A DNA stretch of 64,000 bases from Candidatus Kerfeldbacteria bacterium (GCA_047946875.1 CP181398.1:713041-777040); one strand, 5' to 3'. Positions 48,061 to 58,941 are shown, counted from the stretch's first letter. Notes: generated by a model not told the origin, from the sequence alone. Translations and numbers: made by a program.

Positions 48061-48606
48061 TTAGTAATCAACTGAGTCGCGTGCCAGAATTCCTTTTTGA
48101 TAAGGATGTTTAACCTCTTTTATTTCTGATACATAGTCAGCTTGTTTTATAATTTTATCAGGTGCATTACGACCAGTCAATACCAACTCAAGTTTGGCTG
48201 GCTTCTGCTTGATCAGAGTTAACACCATAGTGATAGGGATCAATTTCTCACGTATTGCCACATTAATTTCATCCAATATTATTAGATTATACTTTCCTGA
48301 TTTCATCTCCCTATTCACATATTCTAATGCCTGTAATGCAGCTTGCTTATGAACTTCAAAAGATTTACGATCTCCTAGTATTTTTATAAACCCTTCACCT
48401 AAAGCGGTAATTTTTAAATATGGTTTTAGCTTCTTTACAATATCCAATTCACCTGAACGCCATGGACCTTTAATAAACTGAACAATAAGCACTTTCTTCT
48501 TGTAACTAATCATCCTCATGGCTAAACCAAGAGCGGCAGTAGTCTTACCTTTTCCATTACCGGTATATACATGAACCAGACCTCTATTAACTTTTCTTAA
48601 TTTCAT
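48061..48606 (-). CDS. cobO: Cob(I)alamin adenosyltransferase (CobO/BtuR)
   Basis: YTGNGKGKTTAALG, VQFIKG, ILDEIN, VLTGR, KHPY..GI. Confidence 0.95.
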   Translation of the reverse strand: MKLRKVNRGLVHVYTGNGKGKTTAALGLAMRMISYKKKVLIVQFIKGPWRSGELDIVKKLKPYLKITALGEGFIKILGDRKSFEVHKQAALQALEYVNREMKSGKYNLIILDEINVAIREKLIPITMVLTLIKQKPAKLELVLTGRNAPDKIIKQADYVSEIKEVKHPYQKGILARDSVDY

Positions 48607-48611
48607 AAAAA

Positions 48612-50933
48612 TTAACCTAAGCTACATGCAGAATAACCACAACTAGGGCAAGTAGAACAACCTTCTTTGATTTCCATGTTAGTCTTACAATCAGGACAAA
48701 CTTCTATGACATGGCTCTTATGTACGGCAGGTACTTTTACTTTTTCCATTTCTTTATCAGTATCTTCTTCCATCTTCATAGTTGTATCTTTATTACCATT
48801 ATTACCAGCCAATTCTGCATAATTATAACTGTATGTTTTTTCTTCAACTTTTTTATTTACCTTGCCAATATTTAATACTTGCGCTTCTCTAGATTTATCA
48901 CGATAAATAGTTACCCCTTTACAACCAAATTTATATGCCATGGTATACACTTTATCAATATCTTCAGTAGTTGCGTCCTGGGGGAAATTTACTGTCTTAG
49001 AAACAGCATTGTCTGTATATTTTTGAAATGCTGCCTGCATCTTCAAATGCCATTGAGGAGTTATGTCATGAGATACTACAAATACACGTTGCCATTTCTC
49101 AGGAACCTCGTCCATTCCCTGGACTCCACCCGATAAAGCAATTTTCTTCATTAACTCTTCACTATAAAATCCTTCTCTCTTAGCCACCTGTTCAAATAAA
49201 GGATTTACTTCTACCATCTCATTATTATCCATAACGTTTCGAATATAAGAAATAGCAAATAATGGTTCGACACCTGAAGAACAACTAGCAATAATACTGA
49301 GAGTCCCTGTTGGTGCAATAGTATTTGTAGTTGCATTGCGCATCTTAGGTGCGTCTGGTTTATCAAATATACTTCCTTCAAAATTTGGCATCTGACCTCT
49401 ATCTATCGCTAAATCTTGCGACATCTTTTTGGACTCATCTTCAATAAATTTCATAGTCTTCTCTGCAAATTCTATTGCCTCTTGAGTATCATATGGTATA
49501 CCTAGCATAATCAATAAATCAGACCAACCCATTACTCCTAATCCTATTTTTCTATTATTATGAACCATTTCTGTTATCTGAGGTAAAGGGTAATTACTCA
49601 TATCAATCACATTATCCAAGAAATGAATTGCAGTTCGGATTGTTTCTCTTAACTTGTCCCAATCTACTTCTATTTTCTCACCCAAAGAAAAATCACCTTT
49701 AACCATCTTAGCTAAATTGATAGAGCCTAAATTACAAGCTTCAAATGGTAATAATGGCTGTTCTCCACAAGGATTAGTTGATTCCATCTCCCCAATCTGA
49801 GGAGTTGGGTTCTCTTTATTAATCCTATCAATAAAAATAATACCAGGATCACCATTTTTCCAGGCTAAAGTTACAATTAGATCAAAAACTTTACGAGCAT
49901 TTAGTGTATCTATTGGCTTTTTATCTTTTGGATTGATTAAGTCATAATCTTCATTTTTTTCTACCGCTTCCATAAATTCCTCTGTAATTGCTACAGAAAT
50001 ATTAAAATTATTTAATTTACCATTATTTTCTTTTGATGTGATAAATTCAAGAATATCTGGATGATCTATGCGTAAAATACCCATATTAGCCCCACGACGT
50101 GTACCACCTTGCTTCACAGTCTCTGTAGCAGCATCAAAAACAGTCATAAATGATATTGGACCAGATGCTACCCCTTTAGTAGACATAACCCTGTCATTCT
50201 TTGGTCGAATACTAGAAAAAGAAAAACCGGTTCCACCACCAGTCTTATGTACTAAAGCAGTCCATTTAACTGCATCAAAAATATTCTCCATTGAATCACC
50301 AACTGGCAAAACAAAACATGCTGCTAGCTGTTGCAAATCTTTACCCGCATTCATCAAAGTTGGTGAATTTGGTAAAAACTCTAATTCAGTCATCATATGA
50401 TAAAATTTTTCTTCTGTTTTTTCTACATCTACCGGCTTTGAAAGTAAAGTATCATGCTGTAAATCTGCTTTTGCAATATTACCTGCTACTCGATGAAATA
50501 ATTCAGATGGTGTTTCAATAACTTTACCTAACGCACTTTTCTTAAAATATCTTTTACTAAGCACTCTTAGAGCATTGATAGATAAATTTGTATCTAGCTC
50601 TGAAGTACCGACATAAGAACCCTTCTGCTCACGAAGCTTCTGATGCTCCTTACGATATAAAATATATGCTTTAGCGATTTTAGTTTTATCCTCTTTTATC
50701 AATACTTCTTCTACTATATCCTGAATTTGTTCAACAGTTGGGAATTTAGTATGATCAAATTGTTTTTTTAATGTATCGATTACTTTTTTTGATAATTTCT
50801 CAGCCTGTTTCATATCATCTATCTCAACTGACTTACCTGCTTTATAAATAGCGTTTGTAATCATTGATTGATCAAAGGGGACAACACGTCCATCTCTCTT
50901 TTTAATTTTTTTTATTTCTTTTCCCTTAAGCAT
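48612..50933 (-). CDS. nrdJ: Adenosylcobalamin-dependent ribonucleotide reductase (class II) with ATP cone
   Basis: IKKRDG ATP cone, PNSPTLMNAG, ACFV, TNPCGEQ, ACNLGSIN, TIAPTGT, C-terminal C..C...EGC..C..CGYS. Confidence 0.95.
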   Translation of the reverse strand: MLKGKEIKKIKKRDGRVVPFDQSMITNAIYKAGKSVEIDDMKQAEKLSKKVIDTLKKQFDHTKFPTVEQIQDIVEEVLIKEDKTKIAKAYILYRKEHQKLREQKGSYVGTSELDTNLSINALRVLSKRYFKKSALGKVIETPSELFHRVAGNIAKADLQHDTLLSKPVDVEKTEEKFYHMMTELEFLPNSPTLMNAGKDLQQLAACFVLPVGDSMENIFDAVKWTALVHKTGGGTGFSFSSIRPKNDRVMSTKGVASGPISFMTVFDAATETVKQGGTRRGANMGILRIDHPDILEFITSKENNGKLNNFNISVAITEEFMEAVEKNEDYDLINPKDKKPIDTLNARKVFDLIVTLAWKNGDPGIIFIDRINKENPTPQIGEMESTNPCGEQPLLPFEACNLGSINLAKMVKGDFSLGEKIEVDWDKLRETIRTAIHFLDNVIDMSNYPLPQITEMVHNNRKIGLGVMGWSDLLIMLGIPYDTQEAIEFAEKTMKFIEDESKKMSQDLAIDRGQMPNFEGSIFDKPDAPKMRNATTNTIAPTGTLSIIASCSSGVEPLFAISYIRNVMDNNEMVEVNPLFEQVAKREGFYSEELMKKIALSGGVQGMDEVPEKWQRVFVVSHDITPQWHLKMQAAFQKYTDNAVSKTVNFPQDATTEDIDKVYTMAYKFGCKGVTIYRDKSREAQVLNIGKVNKKVEEKTYSYNYAELAGNNGNKDTTMKMEEDTDKEMEKVKVPAVHKSHVIEVCPDCKTNMEIKEGCSTCPSCGYSACSLG

Positions 50934-50972
50934 ATTTTTATATTTCCTTTAAGTCTATTCTTAATAGACGAT

Positions 50973-51018
50973 TAATAATTTCCGGCAGAGCCGGATCCGG
51001 CTTTGCCGGAAATTGTTA
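50973..51018. repeat. 46-bp palindrome with a GC-rich core
   Basis: TAATAATTTCCGGCAGAGCCGGATCCGGCTTTGCCGGAAATTGTTA, two G-T mismatches. Confidence 0.85.
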
Positions 51019-51477
51019 TTTATTTTTTTTAATAATTTTTTTGAGTTCTCGTTGAAAAGCTTTTGCATCCTTAAACGATCGATAGACCGAAGCAAAACGG
51101 ATATAAGCTACCTCATCAACCCGACGCAAATGTTTCATTATAATATCACCTATCTTACTAGCTTTAATTTCATGATTATTACCAGTGTGTTGAATATCAC
51201 GTTCAATCCTGTTTAATAATCTTTTGAAATTATCCTGAGTAATAGCTATTTTCTCAAAAGATTTTCTTATACCAGACTCCAGCTTATCCTTACTATATAG
51301 CTCAGTGCCTCCATCCCTCTTTATAACTGTTAGATTCAAAATTTCTACCTCTTCATAGGTAGAGAACCTAAAGCTACACTTCAAACATTCACGTCTACGG
51401 CGTATAGCCATCCCCTCATTAATTAAACGTGAATCTGTAACTTTTGAATCTGCATGCTGACAAGCTGGGCATTTCAT
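51016..51477 (-). CDS. nrdR: Transcriptional repressor NrdR
   Basis: MKCPAC...V.DSR...IRRRRECLKC..RFSTYE, D.VAYIRFASVY. Confidence 0.97.
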   Translation of the reverse strand: MKCPACQHADSKVTDSRLINEGMAIRRRRECLKCSFRFSTYEEVEILNLTVIKRDGGTELYSKDKLESGIRKSFEKIAITQDNFKRLLNRIERDIQHTGNNHEIKASKIGDIIMKHLRRVDEVAYIRFASVYRSFKDAKAFQRELKKIIKKNK

Positions 51478-51486
51478 AACACTTTT

Positions 51487-51535
51487 ATACTATATGTAGT
51501 ATACCTTTACTCTATTATACCACAACATATAGAAA
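51487..51535. promoter_or_regulatory. Tandem NrdR boxes
   Basis: ATACTATATGTAGTAT (51487-51502) and CCACAACATATAGAAA (51520-51535) fit acaCwAtATaTwGtgt; upstream of nrdR-nrdJ. Confidence 0.8.
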
Positions 51536-51640
51536 TTGCAAGAGTGGGGGTATAATTTTAGGCTAACCTTAGATTAAATAAAAGATTTGAGCTATCCAAA
51601 ATGGTGAATAATGTTAAAAAAATACAAAATTTTTTCTTAC

Positions 51641-51649
51641 TGTGGATAA
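51641..51649 (-). promoter_or_regulatory. Consensus DnaA box upstream of the nrd operon
   Basis: TGTGGATAA (TTATCCACA on the minus strand). Confidence 0.4.
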
Positions 51650-51901
51650 ATTCAATCAAATCAGGCGTTAAAAAAAGACACATTAAATGCATATGTCTGA
51701 AATTGTAAATTTTATTTTTATTTTCGAAAAAAGATGATTCCCCTTTCTTACTATTTATTTTATATGAAAAACATGAAAATGTAAACTATCTTATTTATTA
51801 ATAAAAATGAATATTTTGATTATAATTGTAAATAATATTTTCCAATACTACAAAATATGAAAATGTCCTGGGGAAAACTCTTAAGCCAGTTCATATTAAA
51901 C

Positions 51902-51929
51902 AAAAACGCCCCACTCTATCGGGGCGTTT
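51902..51929 (-). terminator. Terminator after ftsZ
   Basis: AAACGCCCC/GGGGCGTTT stem with A run on the plus strand. Confidence 0.75.
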
Positions 51930-51954
51930 ATAATTATATTATTAAATATTTGAG

Positions 51955-53187
51955 TTACATCATTTTCTTTCTTATAAATGCAGGTATTTCTAAATCATCC
52001 TCTTCTTTTGTTGGTGCAACTTCTTCAGTATTTGCTTCCATTGGCTGAGAGGTTGGTACTGCCGGCTTATTAGCAACTGGCTTAGGTGCTACATAAGGAG
52101 TTTCTTTAATTTTTGATGAAGAAAATGATGGTTTAGATGCTGGTGGGTTAAAAGAAGGTACAGTATCCCTATCTTTATTCATTTCAAATTCCATAGGTTT
52201 AATTTTTTTGACAGATTTATGTTTTCCACCAAATCCTGTGGCAATTACTGTGATTTTTATCTCATCTTTCAAAGATTCATCAATTACTGCACCAAACACG
52301 ACTCGTGCATTAGGATCAGCGGAAGCTGTGATAATCCTAGCAGCCTCATTAACCTCATACATTCCTAGATTTGAACCACCGGAAACTGTAAACAATATTC
52401 CTTTAGCGCCCTCAATAGACAATTCTAACAATGGACTATCAATAGAAGCTTTGGCAGCATCTACTGCTCTGTTATCCCCCGCTCCTTGTCCTATGCCCAT
52501 TAAAGCGGATCCAGCACTTTCCATAATGGACCGTACATCAGCAAAATCAACATTAATCAAACCGGGTATGGTTATTAAATCTGAAATACCCTGCACACCC
52601 TGACGCAACACTTCATCAACCGTACTAAACGCTTCTAACAAAGATGTTTTCTTATCTATTATTTGTAATATTCTATCATTAGGAATAGTAATAATTGTGT
52701 CCACGCGATCGGATAATTCACTTAAACCACTTTCAGCTATCTGCTTGCGTTGAGCACCTTCAAATGCAAATGGTTTAGTTACAACTGCAACAGTCAACGC
52801 GCCAACATCTTTAGCAATCTCGGCTACTAAAGGAGTTGCTCCTGTACCTGTACCACCACCAAGACCGCAGGTAACAAATACCATATCAGATCCTTTTAAT
52901 AAGTCATGAATTTCGTCTTGATTCTCCTCTGCAGCTTTTCTGCCTATCTCTGCATCCATACCAGCTCCTAGCCCACGTGTTGTAGTTTTACCAATATGAA
53001 GCTTATTTGTTGCCTTAGAATGATGTAATGCCTGTGCATCGGTGTTTATAGCCACAAAATCAACTCCTCTGATCTTACTATCGATCATACGGTCTATAGC
53101 AGCTCCACCTGAACCACCAATACCGACAACTTTTATTTTTGCAAAAGTTTCAATTTCCGGCTTTATTTCCATATTATTAGATTTCAT
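51955..53187 (-). CDS. ftsZ: Cell division protein FtsZ
   Basis: GGGTGTG tubulin motif, INVDFADV, C-terminal LEIPAFIRK. Confidence 0.98.
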   Translation of the reverse strand: MKSNNMEIKPEIETFAKIKVVGIGGSGGAAIDRMIDSKIRGVDFVAINTDAQALHHSKATNKLHIGKTTTRGLGAGMDAEIGRKAAEENQDEIHDLLKGSDMVFVTCGLGGGTGTGATPLVAEIAKDVGALTVAVVTKPFAFEGAQRKQIAESGLSELSDRVDTIITIPNDRILQIIDKKTSLLEAFSTVDEVLRQGVQGISDLITIPGLINVDFADVRSIMESAGSALMGIGQGAGDNRAVDAAKASIDSPLLELSIEGAKGILFTVSGGSNLGMYEVNEAARIITASADPNARVVFGAVIDESLKDEIKITVIATGFGGKHKSVKKIKPMEFEMNKDRDTVPSFNPPASKPSFSSSKIKETPYVAPKPVANKPAVPTSQPMEANTEEVAPTKEEDDLEIPAFIRKKMM

Positions 53188-53199
53188 AAATTATTAATA

Positions 53200-54456
53200 T
53201 TAAGGAATCAAAGTTTTAAACCATTTCTTCATTGAATTAGTTGCATCTGAAACAGAAGAAAACTTTGGAATTTTAATTTTACCTGAAGAATCACCATCTC
53301 TAGAATTTAATGTAACACCCCAATAAAGTAATCCGATAGCTGTAGAAAAATTAAGATCATTTACTTTATCCACTGGGGTCGTACCTAAATTCAAAGGATA
53401 ACCTAAGGCGGCAGGAAGTTTAAACTCTTTTTTTGCTACCTCAACCAAACCAGATAATTTTGATCCACCACCAGTTAAAACAATACCAGCAGGTAATAAT
53501 CCGGAACGGTCAATCTTTTGTAATTCTTTATCAGCAATTTTAAATATTTCTTCACATCTTGCTTCAATAATCTCCGCTACATGTTTCTGTGAAACTACCC
53601 CCTCTTCACGAGAATCAAGCTCACCTAAGTTAATCTCTTCACGCTTATTTATCTCATCAGGTAAAGCACTCCCATATTCAACTTTAATTTTTTCTGCCAA
53701 GTCTATAGAAGTTCGCAAACCGATAGCAATATCATTTGTAATATGACTAGCACCGAGAGGTAAGATAGCACTATGCAAAACATCACCTTCTTCGAATACT
53801 AACAAGCTTGTTGTAGCTCCTCCGATATTCAAAATCGCAACTCCTAGATCTTTCTGCTTTTTAGTAAGTACAGATTCTGAACTTGCCAAAACACCTACAA
53901 CTAAATCATCGATATCTATACCTGTACGATAAATACATTTTGTTAAATTTTTTACTTGTGAAGTGAGTCCTTGAATAATCTGAGCATCTACTTCCAAACG
54001 AATTCCAGTCATTCCGATTGGATCTTTTATTCCTTTCTGATTGTCAACTGTAAAGCTACGTGGGATGACATGTAATATTTCGTAATTGGGTGGAGTCGCT
54101 ACAGCCTGAGCTGCTTCAATAACTCTTTCTACATCCTCTTCTCTAATCTCTCCATCAGATTTGGAAACAGCTATAACTCCATGACTATCCTGTGATGTAA
54201 TATGACTACCATTGATCCCTATGTAAGCATGCTCAACAGGAATACCAGTCATACGCTCTACAGTCTCCAGAGCGCCTGAGATTGATGATACAGCATCTTC
54301 AATACTGGTGATTGACCCTTTACTAACACCTTCTGTTGGATTCTCAGCAGCACCAAGAATATGTATCTTATTATCATTCGGATTTACTTGACCTACCACT
54401 ACTCTGATTGTAGTTGATCCTATATCTAGTCCTGTAATTATTTCTTCCTTTGCCAT
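53200..54456 (-). CDS. ftsA: Cell division protein FtsA
   Basis: GLDIGST, ITNDIA..L......AEKIK, VLTGGGS. Confidence 0.97.
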   Translation of the reverse strand: MAKEEIITGLDIGSTTIRVVVGQVNPNDNKIHILGAAENPTEGVSKGSITSIEDAVSSISGALETVERMTGIPVEHAYIGINGSHITSQDSHGVIAVSKSDGEIREEDVERVIEAAQAVATPPNYEILHVIPRSFTVDNQKGIKDPIGMTGIRLEVDAQIIQGLTSQVKNLTKCIYRTGIDIDDLVVGVLASSESVLTKKQKDLGVAILNIGGATTSLLVFEEGDVLHSAILPLGASHITNDIAIGLRTSIDLAEKIKVEYGSALPDEINKREEINLGELDSREEGVVSQKHVAEIIEARCEEIFKIADKELQKIDRSGLLPAGIVLTGGGSKLSGLVEVAKKEFKLPAALGYPLNLGTTPVDKVNDLNFSTAIGLLYWGVTLNSRDGDSSGKIKIPKFSSVSDATNSMKKWFKTLIP

Positions 54457-54571
54457 ATTTTAGAGTGTATTATATTAACTTATTTAATTCTTTATCTTAT
54501 ATATATTATAGAATAAATTTTCATTATTTGCAAAAGAGTTTTGAACTGAACACATATATTGTTTATTAGCT

Positions 54572-54940
54572 CTATTTTGAGAATATATATGGTGCAAATA
54601 TTAGTACTCCTATTATAACCGCTCCTATTGATGTTACAAGAACAGTAGCCGCCATAACATCCTTAATTACCTCTGCATAAGAATGAATTCTTGGCTTTAA
54701 TATATCAACCATTTTTTCAAATATTGTATTAATCAATTCTAATACAATAACCATAGTTATCACCAAAAATAGGATGATTGCTTGCCATAGAGCAACTTGA
54801 AAATATACCATCATTACAACCACACCAAGCCCAATCATAACATGAAGTTTAACATTCTGCTCATTTTTAAATACATACCAAAAACCCCTCATTGCATATT
54901 GGAAACTTTTACCTAATTTATGAAAATTAATGATAGACAT
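54572..54940 (-). CDS. dgkA: Diacylglycerol/undecaprenol kinase (DgkA family)
   Basis: SF.YA..G...E.N, ELINT..E..VD, IKDVMAA. Confidence 0.9.
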   Translation of the reverse strand: MSIINFHKLGKSFQYAMRGFWYVFKNEQNVKLHVMIGLGVVVMMVYFQVALWQAIILFLVITMVIVLELINTIFEKMVDILKPRIHSYAEVIKDVMAATVLVTSIGAVIIGVLIFAPYIFSK

Positions 54941-54947
54941 AAATATT

Positions 54948-55391
54948 TTATAACTTTATTTTATCATATTTTTGCATTATGGTCTTTTCTTTCTGCTTCA
55001 TTCTCTGTTCATCTTTGTTGTTCAAGTGGTCATATCCTATCAAATGCAATAAACCGTGAGTCAACATATAAGCGATTTCCCATTGTATAGTTTTGCCATT
55101 TTCTTTGGCTTGCTTTTTAATATATGGATAAGAAATAATTATTTCACCGAGGTAACTTTTTTTATTTATTGCCTTCAAACTTTTATATTCCGGAAAAGAC
55201 AAAACATCAGTAGCTTTATTAATACGACGATAACGATTATTCAATTTTTTCATCTCAATGTTATCGATAATAGCGACAGAAACCTGACAACCTATTAGCT
55301 GTTTAAACTCATTACGAATCAGTTTAAACAATTTATCAATTTGCTTTTTATGGATACTAAAACCTCCAACATTATTTATACTTATCTTCAT
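54948..55391 (-). CDS. ybeY: rRNA maturation endonuclease YbeY
   Basis: TDVLSF, LGEIII, HGLLHLIGYDH. Confidence 0.95.
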   Translation of the reverse strand: MKISINNVGGFSIHKKQIDKLFKLIRNEFKQLIGCQVSVAIIDNIEMKKLNNRYRRINKATDVLSFPEYKSLKAINKKSYLGEIIISYPYIKKQAKENGKTIQWEIAYMLTHGLLHLIGYDHLNNKDEQRMKQKEKTIMQKYDKIKL

Positions 55392-56486
55392 TTATAATCT
55401 TATTTCAGAATTAGTATTACTGTTAGTGGTAGTGTTAGTATTTGAATTAGAATTAACAGCTGTGTTTGTATTTAAATTAGTATTACTGTTAGTGTTAGTA
55501 TTTGTTCGAGATGGAGTAGAAGCGTTAAAGCTATTGGACATCATTTCAAAAACAGTGCTAAAACTTGCTTCACTCAAGATATTAATATTATAACTCAAAA
55601 CATAAATTTTACTACTCTTAGAATAATAAACATTCAAACCATCTAAACTAATTACGCCATTTAAATCATTTTCCCAATTACTAACTGTTTTTATTAAGGA
55701 AGAATTAATCCCGGGAGACTTAGTTAGGTACCAATCACGAGCAGATAGATTAGCTGGATTATCTTGAATACTTACTACAACAAATTCTTCTCCAGAAGTA
55801 AATATTTTACCCCCTGGATTAATAGGATCATTATCTACTACCCAAGCAGATGGATATAATAATGAAAAACCACTAACAACATCGTTATAAAATCTTACTT
55901 TCTGACTATTTTCTAATTTACCCTCTCCTTTCGGGTCATATCCTCCTACAACTTCCTGACCGTCTGTATAACCATCTGTATCCGTATCAGCCAAAGAAAT
56001 ACTGGTACCAAATAAAGCCTCTTCAATGTCAGTCAAACCATCTTTATCAGTATCTAAACTACTTCCCACATTAGAATTTATATTCAAATTGACTGGTATA
56101 TTAGTATTGACATTATCATTGAACAAATTTAGATTAACATTTTTTACATTCAAATTAGAATTACTATTTATATTAGTATCTAAATTAGTATTTGAATTAA
56201 CATTAACATTGATATTTTCATTTGAATTTGAATTTACAGTACTATTAACATTCTCTATAGGAACAATAGGTTCTGGTTCACTGTCTTTCTGTAATAACAT
56301 ATATACTCCTCCCCCAGCAATTGCTAAAACCAACACAATTATTGCTATAATTAAGAAATAATTTTTTCCGCCACCACTAGAATTATCTTCAACATAAAAC
56401 TTACTTGGCATTGTATATATTTTTGTCTTTTTTACTTTAGAAGAATCACTATTTTCCTGTAAAATTTCTTTTTTGTCTTCTTTCAT
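55392..56486 (-). CDS. Membrane-anchored protein with Ca-binding DxDxDG repeats
   Basis: TM, Asn-rich linker, DTDKDGLTD..E, DTDTDGYTDGQEV..GYDP. Confidence 0.75.
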   Translation of the reverse strand: MKEDKKEILQENSDSSKVKKTKIYTMPSKFYVEDNSSGGGKNYFLIIAIIVLVLAIAGGGVYMLLQKDSEPEPIVPIENVNSTVNSNSNENINVNVNSNTNLDTNINSNSNLNVKNVNLNLFNDNVNTNIPVNLNINSNVGSSLDTDKDGLTDIEEALFGTSISLADTDTDGYTDGQEVVGGYDPKGEGKLENSQKVRFYNDVVSGFSLLYPSAWVVDNDPINPGGKIFTSGEEFVVVSIQDNPANLSARDWYLTKSPGINSSLIKTVSNWENDLNGVISLDGLNVYYSKSSKIYVLSYNINILSEASFSTVFEMMSNSFNASTPSRTNTNTNSNTNLNTNTAVNSNSNTNTTTNSNTNSEIRL

Positions 56487-56505
56487 GAAAATATTTTAAT
56501 TAATA

Positions 56506-57129
56506 TTATAAATTTTTAATAGCCTCCTGAAGATCCAATAACAAGCCCTCTCCGTTAGGATTATATCCATTTTCTATCTCTACTCCATCATCCATTCCAT
56601 CTCTATCAGTATCTTTAAGTTTAGGATTTGTTTTATAAACCTCTACCTCCTCACGATCAAATAAACCATCTCCATCAGTATCTTTGCTAGTCAAACTTGT
56701 ACCAATTTTTATTTCTTCTTCATCTGATAATCCATCTCCATCAGTATCCAATGGACCAGTATTTACATTTATTGGTAATGTCACATCAGTATTATCTATA
56801 TTAGTAGTTGAATTACTATTTGTTGCTGGGGGATTATAATTAGTCAAATTTGTATTACCAGTATTTGTAGTATTTTCTGAACCACTATCAAAAAAACCAC
56901 TAATAATCACATAAGCCATACCCAAAATTACAACTATAACAAATATAACCAAAGCTCTCATCGGACTCCCCTTCCTACTATTAATAGGATTTGAATTAGT
57001 AGGAAGTACTGGTTGTTTAACTATTCTAGATCTACTTACTGGTTTAGATTTTTTTATCACCTTCTTACTAACTGGAGTTTTTTCAACTTCAGCGAATATA
57101 TCTTCAACTTGTTCTTTTTTATTTACCAT
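56506..57129 (-). CDS. Membrane-anchored protein with DxDxDG (TSP3-like) repeats
   Basis: TM followed by three DTDGDGL.D.EE-type repeats. Confidence 0.75.
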   Translation of the reverse strand: MVNKKEQVEDIFAEVEKTPVSKKVIKKSKPVSRSRIVKQPVLPTNSNPINSRKGSPMRALVIFVIVVILGMAYVIISGFFDSGSENTTNTGNTNLTNYNPPATNSNSTTNIDNTDVTLPINVNTGPLDTDGDGLSDEEEIKIGTSLTSKDTDGDGLFDREEVEVYKTNPKLKDTDRDGMDDGVEIENGYNPNGEGLLLDLQEAIKNL

Positions 57130-57133
57130 ATTT

Positions 57134-58855
57134 CTATGCTCCTGCACCTGCTGGTGGTGGAATGTTTACACAATTTGTACTTGTAGTATTAATTGTGACA
57201 TCAACCATTCCACTTGTAGTTGATAAATCAGCGTCATCATAAACTACAGCGTATACTTGGCGAACACGTGTTGTTGTTGTTGTTGTACAATTTTGATTAC
57301 CAATAATTTCCGCCTTAGCAACTGGGATAAAAGGCAATTTAAAATTACTTGTCTCAGCTGCATATTTTTCCATCGCCTCATCAAGATAAGTGATTGTACT
57401 GGCTCCAATTCCAAAAATAATTGATAAATCAGACGCCGGTACTGCTGGCGTATTCTCTGCCAAAGGTCCAGAACCACCATTTTTATAAATTTCAACCTGA
57501 ATCACAAGACCATCGTCAGACGAATCTGACTTAAACCTAATAGTATCACCATTATCATAATCACCTACATATTGCGCACCTGCATCATCAACATCCATAA
57601 ATGCATTAATTACAGGAGCTGAATTTGGCATATTCAATTCTACCTCTACTGGTGCGCTTGTAGTAAAATTCGTCCCATCGCCAGCTACTGCGGTTAGAGT
57701 GCTTACACCGTTTGGTAATACTAAAGTCTCCCAATATTCACCTGGATTATTAAGTGAATCATATTCATATAACTGAGTACTTTGAGGACTGCCATCAATA
57801 AAATATTCTACCTGTTGAACATTAGTCTCATCCGTTGCCAATGCCTTAACAATAATAGTATCACTAGTAAAAGGTTGATTAGGATCAATTGTTCTATCTA
57901 ATGGACTAATAATGCTAACTACCGGTGGAATAGTATCTGCTGAAGCTGCAACAGTCAGTACTAATGTTTGAGTATCAGTAGGAACGGTAGCAGCATTGGT
58001 AGCACTAATAGTTACACTATATGGTGATAGTCCACTTGTCCCTGCATCCAAAATTCCAGAAATGATACCTGTAGTTGTATTAATATCTAAATTTACTGGT
58101 AAACCAACTGCATTAAAACTTGTAGGAATATTATCAGCTACAATCTGATAATGAAAATCATTTCCTTCTTCTCCACTAGCAGTCAATGAACTAGAAATAA
58201 CTGGGGTGACATCAGAAGTAGAAGTATATTCACAAACTGATGGACAAGACGTTGTATTACAAACTCCATTTGTACCAGATGTACACTCAAGGTCATCGAT
58301 ACATTCATCTACCATACAAACCGTATTACAACACTTATCTGAAGCATTGGAGCCACATTCAGCATTAGAAGTGCATCCAGTTGGTGCACCTGCGGTATTA
58401 TCTACTACCACAGTTCCTACAGCTGTATCAGTATTAAAGTTGCCTAAACGATCTTGCATTTTAACAGATATTGAATATGTATCACTGGCTAACGAACCAG
58501 AATTCCAAACACCACCATAAATTCCATCTCCTTCAATAGCATCCCCACCAGCTACCCCATTGTCATACAAAATTGTTGTATCTACTAATGTTCCATTACT
58601 ACTTTTTATCAATGTTTCTACTGAAGCTATACCAGAAATATCTTCAACACCAACTGAAAATTCAACATCTTCATTCTGTCCGATAGTTACTGGTGCCACC
58701 GTAAAAGAAGCATTAATAATAGTAGGTCCACCAAATGGATTATCAGTAACTTCAAAACTAGGTGTAGTTGATATAGCTGACACGGTATATGCTACTAAAG
58801 ATACACCGATAACAACAATCAGCACGATTAATAAGTTTAATTTTTTCATATGCAT
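57134..58855 (-). CDS. Secreted protein with Ig-like domains and a Cys-rich segment
   Basis: Signal/anchor, LYDNG..GD...GDGIY.G, Cys-rich repeat, GLP..L.I...TG.ISG Ig motif. Confidence 0.7.
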   Translation of the reverse strand: MHMKKLNLLIVLIVVIGVSLVAYTVSAISTTPSFEVTDNPFGGPTIINASFTVAPVTIGQNEDVEFSVGVEDISGIASVETLIKSSNGTLVDTTILYDNGVAGGDAIEGDGIYGGVWNSGSLASDTYSISVKMQDRLGNFNTDTAVGTVVVDNTAGAPTGCTSNAECGSNASDKCCNTVCMVDECIDDLECTSGTNGVCNTTSCPSVCEYTSTSDVTPVISSSLTASGEEGNDFHYQIVADNIPTSFNAVGLPVNLDINTTTGIISGILDAGTSGLSPYSVTISATNAATVPTDTQTLVLTVAASADTIPPVVSIISPLDRTIDPNQPFTSDTIIVKALATDETNVQQVEYFIDGSPQSTQLYEYDSLNNPGEYWETLVLPNGVSTLTAVAGDGTNFTTSAPVEVELNMPNSAPVINAFMDVDDAGAQYVGDYDNGDTIRFKSDSSDDGLVIQVEIYKNGGSGPLAENTPAVPASDLSIIFGIGASTITYLDEAMEKYAAETSNFKLPFIPVAKAEIIGNQNCTTTTTTRVRQVYAVVYDDADLSTTSGMVDVTINTTSTNCVNIPPPAGAGA

Positions 58856-58941
58856 TTCGTTAATTATTATTTATTTAATTAATTTTTATATATTTAATTA
58901 ACTATATTATACAATAAATCCAATAAATTATAAACATCATT

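Noticed and set aside
51536-51900. Cobalamin riboswitch or replication origin in the long AT-rich intergenic region
   Set aside because: No B12-box/GCCACTG elements seen; only one perfect DnaA box and no dnaA/dnaN nearby.
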